This document shows positions 13,168 through 25,452 of a stretch of DNA of 64,000 nucleotides, piece by piece. How positions within the stretch are numbered: position 1 is the stretch's first letter; every line of letters starts with the position of its first letter. The stretch is taken from contig NW_024055491.1 in the NCBI RefSeq assembly GCF_902713615.1, positions 186,001 through 250,000 of the forward strand, given 5' to 3'. A program made the translations under genes and the position numbers. Below the pieces are notes generated by a model. The model was not told the origin of the DNA. It made no database searches and was given only the letters and a program-made list of their open reading frames with translations. The DNA comes from Scyliorhinus canicula (lineage: Eukaryota).

Positions 13168-13730
13168 GGTTTTTGTACGAGTTCTTGTCTTTTATCTGAT
13201 ACTGTGCCTCACTGAACAGTAATAAACCGCTCCGTCTCCACATTCAGGGCGCTTATATTCAGGTAACAAGACTTTGTGGACTAATCATCAGTCGCCAGAT
13301 ATCGTCCTGAGATTTTATCTTTCTTCAGTACAGCTACTTTGTAAATTATGCAAATTGGAGGATGTGCCTGTTTCTGCCGATACCACTGCATGGTGTTTAT
13401 ACCCTGATCTGTATACTCGCAAATTAACTGTGTCGTACGCTCTTCTAACACAGTTAATGTCACTGGAGACTCAATCAATGCACATAATCCTCCTGTGAAA
13501 GTCGATGAACAAAAGAGCCCGAGATTAAATAGAGTCAAGCGAAACGTGTGTCTATCGAGACGTGTGTGTGTAAACTCTCATTTGCCAAGCTACACATAAC
13601 ATGTATATATCTTATCGTTAACGATATTAATGTTGAGTGCAAACTCTTTGCAATCAATATGCTAAACTGTCACGATGAACCTAATCGTATACTGACCGCC
13701 CCAGAGCGTCGCCGGTATTATAAGAAACAT
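13168..13730 (-). pseudogene. TCR V pseudogene 7 (inverted): leader 13730-13697, V exon 13492-13207, RSS 13206-13168
   Basis: Leader MFLIIPATLWG. V exon ESPVTLTVLEE..ICEY..WYRQK..GRYLATDD* has TAG at 13281-13283 and a later frameshift before AVYYCSV. RSS CACAGTA/23/ACAAAAACC. Confidence 0.85.
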
Positions 13731-13852
13731 CTCTGATAAAATTTCTCAGTGAATGGGAATGAAATGAGTCACAGAATGAGAAAGAGAGAGGGATCCCGGG
13801 CTCTGTTCAACTCATTGTTCCAGCCACACACTGCAGGGGGTCAGGCCTATTG

Positions 13853-13862
13853 TGACATCACT
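13853..13862 (-). promoter_or_regulatory. TCR V promoter decamer AGTGATGTCA
   Basis: Exact match to the AGTGAYRTCA decamer, about 120 bp upstream of the V7 ATG; an identical decamer precedes V8. Confidence 0.6.
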
Positions 13863-13878
13863 CAGGATACCATCACGA

Positions 13879-13942
13879 TTGGACTTTAACCTGGTGTTGT
13901 CAGACTTCTTACTGCTCGCCCAGTCTGACGCCAGCATCTCAC
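13879..13942 (+). mobile_element. Penelope-like element terminal fragment
   Basis: TTGGACTTTAACCTGGTGTTGT..GACTTCTTACTG matches 25789-25860. Confidence 0.55.
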
Positions 13943-14199
13943 GTCACTATTGGCTTTGGCATTGATCTCACGTGACTTTCTCATTAGCATACTGCTGCCT
14001 GCCTCCCTCTGCTGACGGATTCTCTTCAATCCAATGTATAACTACTGAGTGGGTTTATTGAAATACACATCAAAACACAAATGTCAAATATTGTCGAGAA
14101 ACCTAAATAAAAGGTAACTAAAAGCAATCTTCATTTTACTGCACAAAGAATCAGCTGTCCCACCCACTGAGTTAAAGCGCACACCAAAACTCTGAATTC

Positions 14200-14258
14200 C
14201 AAGCCAGCCAGAACCTGGAATTGGTAGTCAGACGCGTTATCCTTTGCGACACTGGGCC
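14200..14258 (-). pseudogene. tRNA-Arg(ACG) pseudogene with internal deletions
   Basis: Aligns with the full-length Arg gene at 32893-32965 and its flanks, but is about 14 nt shorter. Confidence 0.7.
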
Positions 14259-14352
14259 ACAGCGGTGCACGTCATTGGCTATTCCTCGTTGATGGAGACC
14301 AGTTACGAGATTGAGGTAATATTCAGCAAAATACAAAATTGGAAGCACGAGA

Positions 14353-14425
14353 TGTTTCTGCCTGGTTTTGAAAAGGGGACCTTTCGCGTGTGAGACGAAT
14401 GTGATAACCACTACATTACAGAAAC
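14353..14425 (-). pseudogene. tRNA-Val(CAC) pseudogene
   Basis: 73-nt Val body; the T-arm/B-box reads TTTTCAAAA instead of GGTTCGAAA. Confidence 0.8.
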
Positions 14426-14632
14426 CGCTGACAAGCAATGGACGTGTACAATGTACAACGTCACTGTGTTGCTGCAGATTGTAATAGTGAGGCTGAGAGG
14501 CCACGTCGCTTATTCCAAGACGACAGCTGTTTCTTTAAAAAACAGATGTTTCAACATATAAAACCATGAGTTGCAGAAATTATATCGAATTTAACATGAG
14601 TTATATTTTACTTAAGCTCCGTCTGAAACTTG

Positions 14633-14721
14633 TGCTCTTTGGTCCCGTGGTGTGGTTCTCGTTCAGGGATTTTCAATCAATGCCCAAGGGAGCGGTCCTG
14701 GGTTAAATCCGGGGCAAGCCC
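14633..14721 (+). pseudogene. Degenerate intron-containing tRNA-Pro(AGG)-like gene
   Basis: TGCTCTTTGGTCCCGTGGTGTGGTTCTCGTTC-AGG-G[ATTTTCAATCAATGCC..]..GGTCCTGGGTTAAATCCGGGGCAAGCCC aligns to the tRNA-Pro body with an insert after the anticodon. Confidence 0.55.
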
Positions 14722-15589
14722 TTTACTTCAGGTCAGACATTATGAATTGTTTGCGATGCTGACGGCGGGGTTGATTTACATTGGCCCACTCTGAAAAAGA
14801 TTTCTCAGGACTCGGAATGTTTACGTCGTTTCTCTCACCACAGATGATGCTCGAGAGAGAGAGAGACGGTGTCTGAGCAGGAGTGCGCTTGGATAAAATT
14901 AATGCTCCAGATCTGTGTTAACCGCAGGGACGTGACCCATCTAATGCACAGAGCCAAAGTGGAGAATTGAACTGACTGGAGAGCTGGATCTTAACGCTGA
15001 CCTCCCGGACCTCGGTGTCGTGAAATGTTCCAAAGAAGCTCAACAGATACTCGAGGAACAGCAGCACATCTTTCAAACATGTCTAAATGTACGATAAAAG
15101 CAACTTACTGCGGATACGTCAATGGGAAACAAAAACAGAAAACACAGGACAGTCTCAGCAGATCTGACAGGCTCTGTGGAGAGAGATGGCAAGTGTCGTT
15201 TCGAGTCTGGGTGACTCTTTGTCGAAGCTGGACAACTGGATCTTTGGTTAGGTTTAGATTGGCGGTGGGGGTGGAGGGGAGCGTGAAGCATTGGGCCTCG
15301 ACAGACGGCCAGCGATGGGTGGAGAATAACAAAAATGTGTTGGGTCGAAAGAAAAAGGGAATGTAAATGTTTCTAATCAGTGTTAAGAACTGTGCTGATA
15401 GAGGCGATTAGAAGATTAGAATGTGTTAATGGCAGAGGACAGTGAGGAACAAGGGGCGGATTTCCCAAGAGGGATGGGATTGGCTTGGGGAATGGGGAGG
15501 GGGAGACAATGGGAGAGGAAGACATATTAATGGAAGCAATGAAAATACGTTGATGGAAATAAACATGTGGTGAAGTGGGAAGAGTGATT

Positions 15590-15900
15590 TCACGGTACGA
15601 AGTTGTTGAGCCTACTGTAAAACCCGCAAGGCTGTACCGTGCCTATTCGGAGGTTGGGGTGCTGTTCCTCGGCTTTGTGCTGAGCTACATGGGAACATTG
15701 CAGCTGGCCAAGATCGGACATGTGGACATGAGAGTAGGACAGTGAGTTGAAATGGCAAGCGACAGGAGAGTCTGCCACCAGCTTGTCGATGGAGCGAAGG
15801 TGTTTTCCAAAGCGGTCACCAAGTCGGTATTTAGTCTCTGCAATGCAGAGCAGATGCCGTTGGGATCAGCAAATACAACAGGCCAGATTGAAGGATGTCT
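15590..15900 (-). mobile_element. Penelope-like element fragment (GIY-YIG endonuclease C-terminal region)
   Basis: ORF 15590-15778(-) PVACHFNS..H..EEQH..RIGTVQPCG..NNF resembles the Penelope ORF C-terminus. An inverted copy lies at about 33890-34205. Confidence 0.6.
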
Positions 15901-16243
15901 TATAGTAATGTGTACTCAAAACACGTAATTATCAATTCTTAAACTCAACTCACGCATTGAATAGGGACACAAATATTGTTTAAAGTCGGTTGCTTTTTTC
16001 TGTAGGATTTAAGAACGCTGCATTAATAATAGAAGAGAGCATTTCGCCGTTAGAGATTTGCTCAACAAATGCTTCAGTTCAATATAGGTCCTTCTTCTGG
16101 CTTGTAAGTTTAGACATCTGGTTTGAAGAAACAGACGTATTCTTATAAGAAGCGACATGGCCTCTCAGCCGAACCATGCGAAGCTGCAACAAGGCAGTTG
16201 AGTTGAAGGAGACACAGGTCCGTTGGAGTCTGCTTTGCCAGCT

Positions 16244-16316
16244 GCTTCTGTAGTGTAGTGGTTATCACATTCGCTTTACACGCGCATGGTCCCAGGTTCG
16301 AAACCGGGCAGAAACA
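16244..16316 (+). tRNA. tRNA-Val(TAC)-like gene, probably a pseudogene
   Basis: 73-nt Val(CAC/AAC)-type body with loop TT-TAC-AC; mismatches in the acceptor and anticodon stems. Confidence 0.6.
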
Positions 16317-16402
16317 TCTGGTGCTTCCAGTTTAGTCCGTTGCTAAATATTACCTCAATCTCGTAACTGGTCTTCATCATCGAGGAATAGCAAACGCTTG
16401 GA

Positions 16403-17885
16403 ACTGCAGTGGCGCAAAGGATAAAGCGTCTGACTACGAATCAGGAGATTCCAAGTTCGTCTTGGATAGAGCAGGGACAGGAATGGTTGTTGCAGGTTCC
16501 GGGGTTTCGGTGTTTTAGTAAGCTCAGAGAAGGGGGCAAAAGGTGTGGCGCTGCTAGTCAAGGACAGTATTACGGTGGCGGAAAGGATGCTAGATGGGGA
16601 CTCTTCTTCTGAGGTAGTATGGGCTGAGGTTAGAAACAGGAAAGGAGAGGTCACCCTGTTGGGAGTTTTCTATAGGCCACCGAATAGTTCTAGGGATGTA
16701 GAGGAAAGGATGGCGAAGATGATTCTGGAAAAGAGCGAAATTAACAGGTTAGTTGTTATGGGAGACTTTAACTTTCCAAATATTGACTGGAAAAGATATA
16801 GTTCGAGTACATTAGATGGGTCATTCTTTGTACAATGTGTGCAGGAGGGTTTCCTGACACAATATGTTGACAGGCCAACAAGAGGCGAGGCCACATTGGA
16901 TTTGGTTTTGGGTAATGAACCAGGCCAGGTGTTAGATCTGGAGGTAGGTGAGCACTTTGGAAACAGTGACCACAATTCGGTGACCTTTACGTTAGTGGTG
17001 GAAAGGGATAAGTATACCCCGCAGGGCAAGAGTTATAGCTGGGGGAAGGGCAATTATGATGCCATTAGACATGACTTAGGATGTGTTGGTTGGAGAAGTA
17101 GGCTGCAAGGGTTGGGCACACTGGATATGTGGAGCTTGTTCAAGGAACAGCTATTGCATGTTCTTGATAAGTACGTACCAGTCAGGCAGGGAGGAAGGGG
17201 TCGAGCGAGGGAACCGTGGTTTACCAAAGAAGTAGAATCTCTTGTTAAGAGGAAGAAGGAGGCCTATGTGAAGATGAGGCATGAAGTTTCAGTTGGGGCG
17301 TTTGATAGTTACAAGGAAGCGAGGAAGGATCTAAAGAGAGAGCTGAGACGAGCAAGGAGGGGACATGAGAAGTCTTTGGCAGGTAGGATCAAGGAAAACC
17401 CAAAAGCTTTCTATAGGTATGTCAGGAATAAAAGAATGACTAGGGTAAGAGTAGGGCCAGTCAAGGACAGTGGTGGGAAGATGTGTGTGGAGGCTGAGGA
17501 GATAAGCGAGATACTAAATTAATACTTTTCGTCAGTATTCACTCAAGAAAAAGATAATATTGTGGAGGAGAATGCTGAGACCCAGGCTATTAGAATAGAT
17601 GGCATTGAGGTGCGTAGGGAAGAAGTGTTGGCAATTCTGGACAAGGTGAAATTAGATAAATCCCCGGGGCCGGATGGGATTTATCCTAGGATTCTCTGGG
17701 AAGCCAGGGAAGAGATTGCTGAGCCTTTGGCTTTGATTTTTAGGTCATTATTGGCTACAGGAATATGAATGATAAGGGGTAGGTTAGATGGCCTTTAGTT
17801 TTTTTCCATGTCGGTGCAACATCGAGGGCCGAAGGGCCTGTACTGCGCTGTATCGTTCTATGTTCTCTGTCTCCTGGCTGGCTCG
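16403..17885 (+). pseudogene. tRNA-Arg(ACG) split by a CR1 insertion (5' part 16403-16461, 3' part about 17870-17885)
   Basis: CAGTGGCGCAAAGGATAAAGCGTCTGACTACGAATCAGGAGATTCCAAGTTCG ... CTCCTGGCTGGCTCG; the 3' flank matches that of the Arg gene at 32893. Confidence 0.8.
16462..17869 (+). mobile_element. CR1-like LINE: APE endonuclease part of ORF2, internally deleted, with 3' tail
   Basis: ORF 16545-17522: GVFYRPPNS, VVMGDFNFPNIDW, LDLVLGNE, SDHNSV; continues KSPGPDGIYPRIL, then jumps to the tail ..GGCCGAAGGGCCTG..TGTTCT. The RT domain is missing. Confidence 0.9.
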
Positions 17886-17995
17886 CAGTTCCGAGTTTTG
17901 GCGTCCTCTTTAGTTCGATGGGTTGGACAGCTCTGAATCCCGCCGTCTACGCCGCAAAGAAAACATATTGCTTGCCAACGGAAAACCTCATCGAA

Positions 17996-18080
17996 AGGCT
18001 CATCCGGGACCCGGGACCTCTCGCAAATTCCGACAGCGAGACACCCAAACCGAGAATCATACCCCCTAGACCAACGAGCA
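17996..18080 (-). pseudogene. Intron-containing tRNA-Pro(TGG) pseudogene, copy 1
   Basis: 6-nt deletion removes the T-loop (TTCAAA); 18-nt intron retained. Confidence 0.8.
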
Positions 18081-19020
18081 CCGCAAAAAAGGCCAAACCA
18101 TACTGTCATTGCCATCGAAAATCGATCTAACATCTGCGGAGAACGCCAAAAGTAGTGCAACATCTCAGGTAGTCAGACGGCATTTGTCGACAGGACAACA
18201 AAGTTCGTCTTTCACCATCACCTTTCATTAAAACCGGGACAGGTTAGAAATGTGGTACGTCTTAACCAAGTGAACTCCCGGAGGGAGGAAACAGAACAAC
18301 AGGAAAGGGCTCTAATGGGGGGCAAGTCAGGAGAGATTAAATGAGAAGAGGCCTTGGGACCCTGGCCACAGAGTTAGGTAAGCATCAAATCAGAGAATAA
18401 TGACACCACAGTATGAGGCCATTCCGGCCGCCGTGTCTGTGCCAGCTCTCTGTTAGCGCAATGGAAGAAACAAAGAAACAAAATATATGTCTGGAGGAGC
18501 TATCGATGGCAGATTGATCAACAACTACCGCCCGGACACAAAGAACAAGTGGAAACAAGATTGAAACCCCAATCTGCGATGGAAGGACACACAAAATGGG
18601 TGCAGCATTTACAGTGTGAAACTACTGAACACACACTGAGTGTGAAAGCTGTATTGAGCACAGTGGAAAGATGCGCTGCTGTTCCTCGAGTGGCTGTTGA
18701 GCTTCTTTGGAACATTTCACGACGCCGAGGTCCGGGAGGTCAGCGTGAAGATCCAGCTCCCCAGTCAGTTCAATTCTCCACTTTGGCTCTGTGGATTAGA
18801 TGGGTCACGTCCCTGTGGTTAACACAGATCTGGAGCATCAATTTTGTCCAAACGCACTCCAGCTCAGACACTGTCTCTCTCTCTCCCTCGGGCATCATCT
18901 GTGGGGAGAGAAACGACGTAAACATTCCGAGTCCTGAGAAATCTTTTTCAGAGTGGGCCAATGTAAATCAACCCCGCCGTCAGCATCGCAAACAATTCGT
19001 AATCTTTGACCTGGAGTAAA

Positions 19021-19109
19021 GAGCCTGTCCTGGATTTAAACCCACGACCACTCCCATAGGCATTGATTGAAAATCCTTAAACGAGAACCAGACCTCGAGA
19101 CCAAGAGCA
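19021..19109 (-). pseudogene. Degenerate intron-containing tRNA-Pro-like gene, unit 1 (paralogs at 21478-21567, 24243-24332, 27102-27191)
   Basis: Reverse complement aligns with the Pro body, has an insert ATTTTCAATCAATGCC after the anticodon, and a degenerate B-box GGTTTAAATCC. The anticodon reads AGG in the 24.3 and 27.1 kb copies. Confidence 0.55.
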
Positions 19110-19315
19110 CAAATTTAAGACCGACATTCAGGAAAATATAACTTATGTTAATTTCGATATAATTTCTACATCTCACGGCTTTATATGTTGAGACATCTGT
19201 TAATTTAAGAAACAGCTGTCGCTTGCAACAAGGGACCTGGCCTCTCAAACAGACCATCAGAATCTGCAGCAACACAGTGAGGTTGTACATTCCGCACGTC
19301 CATTGATGGCCAGCG

Positions 19316-19388
19316 GTTTCTGTAGCGTAGTGGTTATCACATTCGCCTCACACGCGAAAGGTCCCCGGTTCGAAACCGGGCAGAAACA
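19316..19388 (+). tRNA. tRNA-Val(CAC), unit 1
   Basis: GTTTCTGTAGCGTAGTGGTTATCACATTCGCCT-CAC-ACGCGAAAGGTCCCCGGTTCGAAACCGGGCAGAAACA; one D-stem mismatch. Confidence 0.85.
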
Positions 19389-20439
19389 TCGAACATTTGG
19401 CATTTTGTGTGAGAAAAGTTTGCACAATTATTGGGCACAAAATAATTCTATTTCCTGAATGTTGCCGGAATCTCGTGTGTTCCAGGACTATGAAATTTCG
19501 TCTCACACGAGCCACTACACTGAATTGAACATTAAGGCCCAAGCACTGAATTTTCGGCAGGCAATGAGAGGTGAAGAATTTTCATATCTTGGCACACCTC
19601 GGATATTAGCAGCTAGTTCATCCACAACAGAGTTTCAGCGATTTACAAATGAACATATTTAATCACCATCTCAAACATGTCTAAATGTGTGACAAATGCA
19701 ATTTATTGCGGATGCTTCAAACGGAAACAAAAACAGAAAATACTGGATAATCTCAGCAGGTCTGACAGCCTCTGGGGAGCGAAATGGCAGCTGTCGTTTC
19801 CAGTCAAGTGGACTCTTTGTCAAAGCTGGAGAACTGGAACTGGAGATTCAGACGATTGTGGGTGGGGGGTGGGGGTGTTGGAGTGCTGTATTGGGTCTCG
19901 ATAGAGGGCTAGCAATAGGTGGGAAATGACGAAAATGTCTCGGGCAGAAAGAAAAAGGCAATGTAAATGAGGCTAATCAAGGCTATGAAAGGTGCTGATG
20001 GCGCATCAAGCGGTCAGAATGTGTTAATGGCAGAACAAAGGTAAGCAGTGCGTCAGAGAACAATTACAAACAGGGATCTGATTGCTGAAGTAGGATGGTA
20101 TGGGCTGGTGGGAGGTGGGCGATGCTGAGGGTAAAACATATCAATGGAAGGGATGATAAGCTGATGGAAAAAACATGTGGTGAAGGGGGAAGTGAGAGTT
20201 CACAGTCTGAAGTTGTTGAACTGATAAAATGAAAGGGACATAGAGCTGCCTGAGTCCACCAGAATTAGTCAATAGAAATGTGAATGCCCACACATAGACA
20301 AACTTCTCGGGAACGTATTGGTTCCATGCAGCTTGAGCTCAGCTTCTCAAAGCAAACCCAATGTGAATGAATCCCGCCGTCGACGCCGCAAAGAAATGAA
20401 GAAAACATGCGGTTTGACCAACGGGAAAACCTCATCGAA

Positions 20440-20529
20440 GGGCTCGTCCGGGATTTGAAATCTGGACCTCTCGTAAATTCCGACAGCGACACACCCAAAT
20501 GGAGAATCATACCCCTCGACCAACGAGCC
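20440..20529 (-). pseudogene. Intron-containing tRNA-Pro(TGG), copy 2, mutated
   Basis: 90 nt (72+18); anticodon-stem and T-stem mismatches. Confidence 0.75.
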
Positions 20530-21636
20530 CCGCAAAAAGAGTCAAAGCATACTGTCATTGCCATCGAAAATCAATCTAACATCTGCGGAGAACGCCAAAA
20601 GTACTGCAACATCTCAGGTAGTCAGGCGGCATTTGTCGACGGGCCAACAAAGTTCGTCTTTCACCGTCACCTTTCATTCAAACCGGGACAGGTTAGAAAT
20701 GTTGTACGTCTTAACCAAGTGAATTACCGGAGGGGGGAAACAGAACAACAGGAAAGGGCTCTAATGGGGGGCAAGTCAGGAGAGAATAAATGAGAAGAGG
20801 CCGTGGGACCCTGGCCACAGAGTTAGGTTAGCATCAAATCAGAGAATAATGACACCACAGTATGAGGCCATTCCGGCCGCCGTGTCTGTGCCAGCTCTCT
20901 GTTTGCGCAATGGAAGAAACAATGAAACAAAAGATATGTCTGGAGGAGCTATCGATGGCAGATTGTTCAACAACTACCGCCCGGACACAAAGAACAAGTG
21001 GAAACAAGATTGAAACCCAAATCTGCGATGGAAGGACACACAGAATGGGTGCAGCATTTACAGTGTGAAACTACTGAAAACACACTGAGTGTGAAAGCTG
21101 CATTGAGCACAGTGGAAAGATGCGCTGCTGTTCCTCGAGTGGCTGTTGAGCTTCTTTGGAACATTTCACGACGCCGAGGTCCGGGAGGTCAGCGTTAAGA
21201 TCCAGCTCCCCAGTCAGTTCAATTCTCCACTTTGGCTCTGTGGATTAGATGGGTCACGTCCCTGTGGTTAACACAGATCTGGAGCATCAATTTTATCCAA
21301 ACGCACTCCAACTCAGACACTGTCTCTCTCTCTCTCTCTCTCTCTCGAGCATCATCTGTGGGGAGAGAAACGACGTAAACATTCCGAGTCCTGAGAAATC
21401 TTTTTCAGGGTGGGCCAATGTAAATCAACCCCGCCGTCAGCATCGCAAACAATTCGTAATCTCTGACCTGGAGTAAAGAGCCTGTCCTGGATTTAAACCC
21501 ACGACCACTCCCATAGGCATTGATTGAAAATCCTTAAACGAGAACCAGACCTCGAGAACTAAGAGCACAAATTTAAGACCGACATTCAGCAAAATATAAC
21601 TTATGTTAATTTCGATATAATTTCTACATCTCACGG

Positions 21637-21959
21637 ATTGGATTCGATTGGATTTGTTTATTGTCACGTGTACCGAGGTACAGTGAAAAGTATTTTTCTG
21701 CAAGCAGCTCAACAGATCATTCAGTACATGGGAAGAAAAGGGAATTAAACAGAATTCAAGAAAATACATGAGAATACATAATAGGGCAACACAATATATA
21801 CAATGTACTACATAAGCATTGGCATCGGATGAAGCAGACACGCGTGTAGTGTTAATGAGGTCAGTCCATAAGAGGGTCATTTAGGAGTCTGGTGACAGTG
21901 GGGAAGAAGCTGTTTTTGAGTCTGTTCGTCCGTGTTCTCAGACTTCTGAATCTCCTGCC
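21637..21959 (-). mobile_element. Rex1/Babar-like LINE 3' end inserted only in unit 2
   Basis: Interrupts the unit sequence CTCACGG|CTTTATATG; a homolog lies at 9150-9476. Confidence 0.6.
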
Positions 21960-22099
21960 CGGCTTTATATGTTGAGACATCTGTTAATTTCAGAAACAGC
22001 TGTCGCTTGCAACAAGGGACCTGGCCTCTCAAACAGAGCATCAGCATCTGCAGCAACACAGTGAGGTTGTACATTCCGCACGTCCATTCATTGGGAGCG

Positions 22100-22172
22100 G
22101 TTTCTGTAGTGTAGTGGTTATCACATTCGCCTCACACGCGAAAAGTCCCCGGTTCGAAACCGGGCAGAAACA
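22100..22172 (+). tRNA. tRNA-Val(CAC), unit 2
   Basis: Fully paired cloverleaf with intact A and B boxes. Confidence 0.9.
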
Positions 22173-23213
22173 TCGAGCATTTAGCATTTCGTGTGAGAAA
22201 AGTTTGCACAATTATTGGGCACAAAATAATTCTGTTTCCTGAATGTTGCCGGAATCTCGTGTGTTCCAGGACTATGATATTTGTCTCACATGAGCCACCA
22301 CACTGAATTGAACATTAAGGCCCAAGCACTGAATTTTCGGCAGGCAATGAGAGGTGAAGAATTTTCATATCTTGGCACACCTCGGATATTAGCAGCTAGT
22401 TCATCCACAACAGAGTTTCAGCGATTTACAAATGAACATATTTAATCACCATCTCAAACGTGTCTAAATGTGTGACAAATGCAACTTACTGCGGATGCTT
22501 CAAACCGAAACAAAAACAGAAAATGCTGGATAATCTCAGCAGGTCTGACAGCCTCTGGGGAGCGAAATGGCAGCTGTCGTTTCCAGTCAAGCGGACTCTT
22601 TGTCGAAGCTGGAGAACTGGAACTGGAGAGTCAGACGATTGTGGGTGGGGGGGTGGGGGGTGTATTGGGTCTCGATAGAGGGCTAGCAATAGGTGGGAAA
22701 TGACGAAAATGTCTCGGGCAGAAAGAAAAAGGGAATATAAATGAGGCGAATCAAGGCTATGAAAGGTGCTGATGGCGCATCAAGCGGTCAGAATGTGTTA
22801 ATAGCAGAACAAAGGTAAGCAGTGCGTCAGAGAACAATTACAAACAGGGATCAGATTGCTGAAGTAGGATGGTATGGGCTGGGGGGAGGTGGGCGATGCT
22901 GAGGGTAAAACATATCAATGGAAGGGATGATAAGGTGATGGAAAAAACATGTGTTGAAGGGGGAAGTGAGAGTTCACAATCTGAAGTTGTTGAACTGATA
23001 AAATGAAAGGGACAAAGAGCTGTCTGAGTCCACCAGAATTAGTCAATAGAAATGTGAATGCCCACCCATAGACAAACTTCTCGGGAACGTATTGGTTCCA
23101 CGCAGCTTGAGCTCAGCGTCTCAAAGCAAACCCAATGTGAATGAATCCCGCCGTCGACGCTGCAAAGAAATGAAGAAAACATGCGGTTTGACCAACGAGA
23201 AAAGCTCATCGAA

Positions 23214-23303
23214 GGGCTCGTCCGGGATTTGAACCCGGGACTTCTCGCAAATTCCGACAGCGACACACCCAAAGCGAGAATCATACCCCTAGACCAACGA
23301 GCC
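23214..23303 (-). tRNA. tRNA-Pro(TGG) with an 18-nt intron (23267-23250), best-preserved copy
   Basis: Removing TGTGTCGCTGTCGGAATT after G37 gives GGCTCGTTGGTCTAGGGGTATGATTCTCGCTTTGGGTGCGAGAAGTCCCGGGTTCAAATCCCGGACGAGCCC, the canonical vertebrate Pro(TGG) apart from one variable-loop base. Confidence 0.9.
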
Positions 23304-24537
23304 CCACAAAAAGAGTCAAAGCATACTGTCATTGCCATCGAAAATCAATCTAACATCTGCGGAGAACGCCAAAAGTACTGCAACATCTCAGGTAGTCAGA
23401 CGGCATTTGTCGACAGGACAACAAAGTTCGTCTTTCACCATCACCTTTCATTAAAACCGGGACAGGTTAGAAATGTGGTACGTCTTAACCAAGTGAATTA
23501 CCGGAGGGAGGAAAGAGAACAACAGGAAAGTGCTCTAATGGGGGGCAAGTCAGGAGAGATTAAATAAGAAGAGGCCTTGGGACCCTGGCCACAGAGTTAG
23601 GTTAGCATCGAATCAGAGAATAATTACACCACAGTATGAGGCCATTCCGGCCGCCGTGTCTGTGCCAGCTCTCTGTTAGCGCAATGGAAGAAACAAAGAA
23701 ACAAAAGATATGTCTGGAGGAGCTATCGATGGCATATTGATCGACAACTACCGCCCGGACACAAAGAACAAGTGGAAACAAGATTGAATCCCAAATCTGC
23801 GATGGAAGGACACACAAAATGGGTGCAGCATTTACAGTGTGAAACTACTGAACACACACTGAGTGTGAAAGCTGTATTGAGCACAGTGGAAAGATGCGCT
23901 GCTTGTTCCTCGAGTGGCTGTTGAGCTTCTTTGGAACATTTCACGACGCCGAGGTAAGGGAGGTCCGCGTTAAGTTCCAGCTCCCCAGTCAGTTCAATTC
24001 TCCACTTTGGCTCTGTGGATTAGATGGGTCACGTCCCTGTGGTTAACACAGATCTGGGGCATCAATTTTATCCAAACGCACTCCAGCTCAGACACTGTCT
24101 CTCTCTCTCTCGAGCATCATCTGTGGGGAGAGAAACGACGTAAAAATTCCGAGTCCTGAGAAATCTTTTTCAGAGTGGGCCAATGTAAATCAACGCCGTC
24201 GTCAGCACCGCAAACAATTCATAATCTCTGAACTGGAGTAAAGAGCCTGTCCTGGATTTAAACCCACGACCACTCCCATAGGCATTGATTTAAAATCCCT
24301 AAACGAGAAACAAACTTCGACACCAAAGAGCACAAATTTGAGACCGACATTAAGCAAAAATAACTTATGCTAATTTCGATATAATTTCTACATCTCACGG
24401 CTTTATATGTTGAGACATCTGTTAATTTAAGAAACAGCTGTCGCTTGCAACAAGGGACCTGGTCTCTCAAACAGACCATCAGAATCTGCAGCAACACAGT
24501 GAGGTTGTACATTCCGCACGTCCATTAATCGGCAGCG

Positions 24538-24610
24538 GTTTCTGTAGTGTAGTGGTTATCACATTCGCTTCACACGCGAAAGGTCCCCGGTTCGAAACCG
24601 GGCAGAAACA
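24538..24610 (+). tRNA. tRNA-Val(CAC), unit 3
   Basis: Fully paired cloverleaf with intact A and B boxes. Confidence 0.9.
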
Positions 24611-25452
24611 TCGAACTTTTAGCATTTCGTGTGAGAAAAGTGTGCCCAATTAATGGCCACAAAATAATTCTGTTTCCTGAATGTTGCCGGAATCTCGTGT
24701 GTTCCAGGATTATGAGATTTCGTCTCACATGAGCCACCAAACTGAATTGAACATTAAGGCCCAAGCACTGAATTTTCGGCAGGCAATGAGAGGTGAAGAA
24801 TTTTCATACCTTCGCACAACTCGGATATTAGCAGCTAGTTCATCCACAACAGAATTTCAGCGATTTACAAATGAACATATTTAATCACCATCTCAAACAT
24901 GTCTAAATGTATGACAAATGCAACTTACTGCGGATGCTTCAAACGGAAACAAAAACAGAAAATACTGGATAATCTCAGCAGGTCTGACAGCCTCTGGGGA
25001 GCGAAATGGCAGCTGTCGTTTCCAGTCAAGTGGACTCTTTGTCAAAGCTGGAGAACTAGAATTGGAGATTCAGACGATTGTGGGTGGGGGGGGGGGGGGG
25101 GTGGCGTGCTGTATTGGGTCTCGATAGAGGGCTAGCAATAGGTGGGAAATGACGAAAATGTCTCGGGCAGAAAGAAAAAGTAAATGAGGCTAATCAAGGC
25201 TATGAAAGGTGCTGATGTTGCATCAAGCGGTCAGAATGTGTTAATGGCAGAACAAAGGTAAGCAGTGCGTCAGAGAACAATTACAAACAGGGATCAGATT
25301 GCTGAAGTAGGATGGTATGGGCTGGGGGGAGGGGGGGGCAATGCTGAGGGTAAAAATTATCAATGGAAGGGATGATAAGTTGATGGAAAAAACATATGGT
25401 GGAGGGGGAAGTGAGAGTTCACAGTCTGAAGTTGTTGAACTGATAAAATGAA

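Noticed and set aside
18659-19280. CACAGTG heptamers in each tandem unit as D/J-segment RSSs
   Set aside because: In the unit 1 copies examined there is no nonamer-like sequence at either spacing and no J motif (FGXG/WGXG) nearby.
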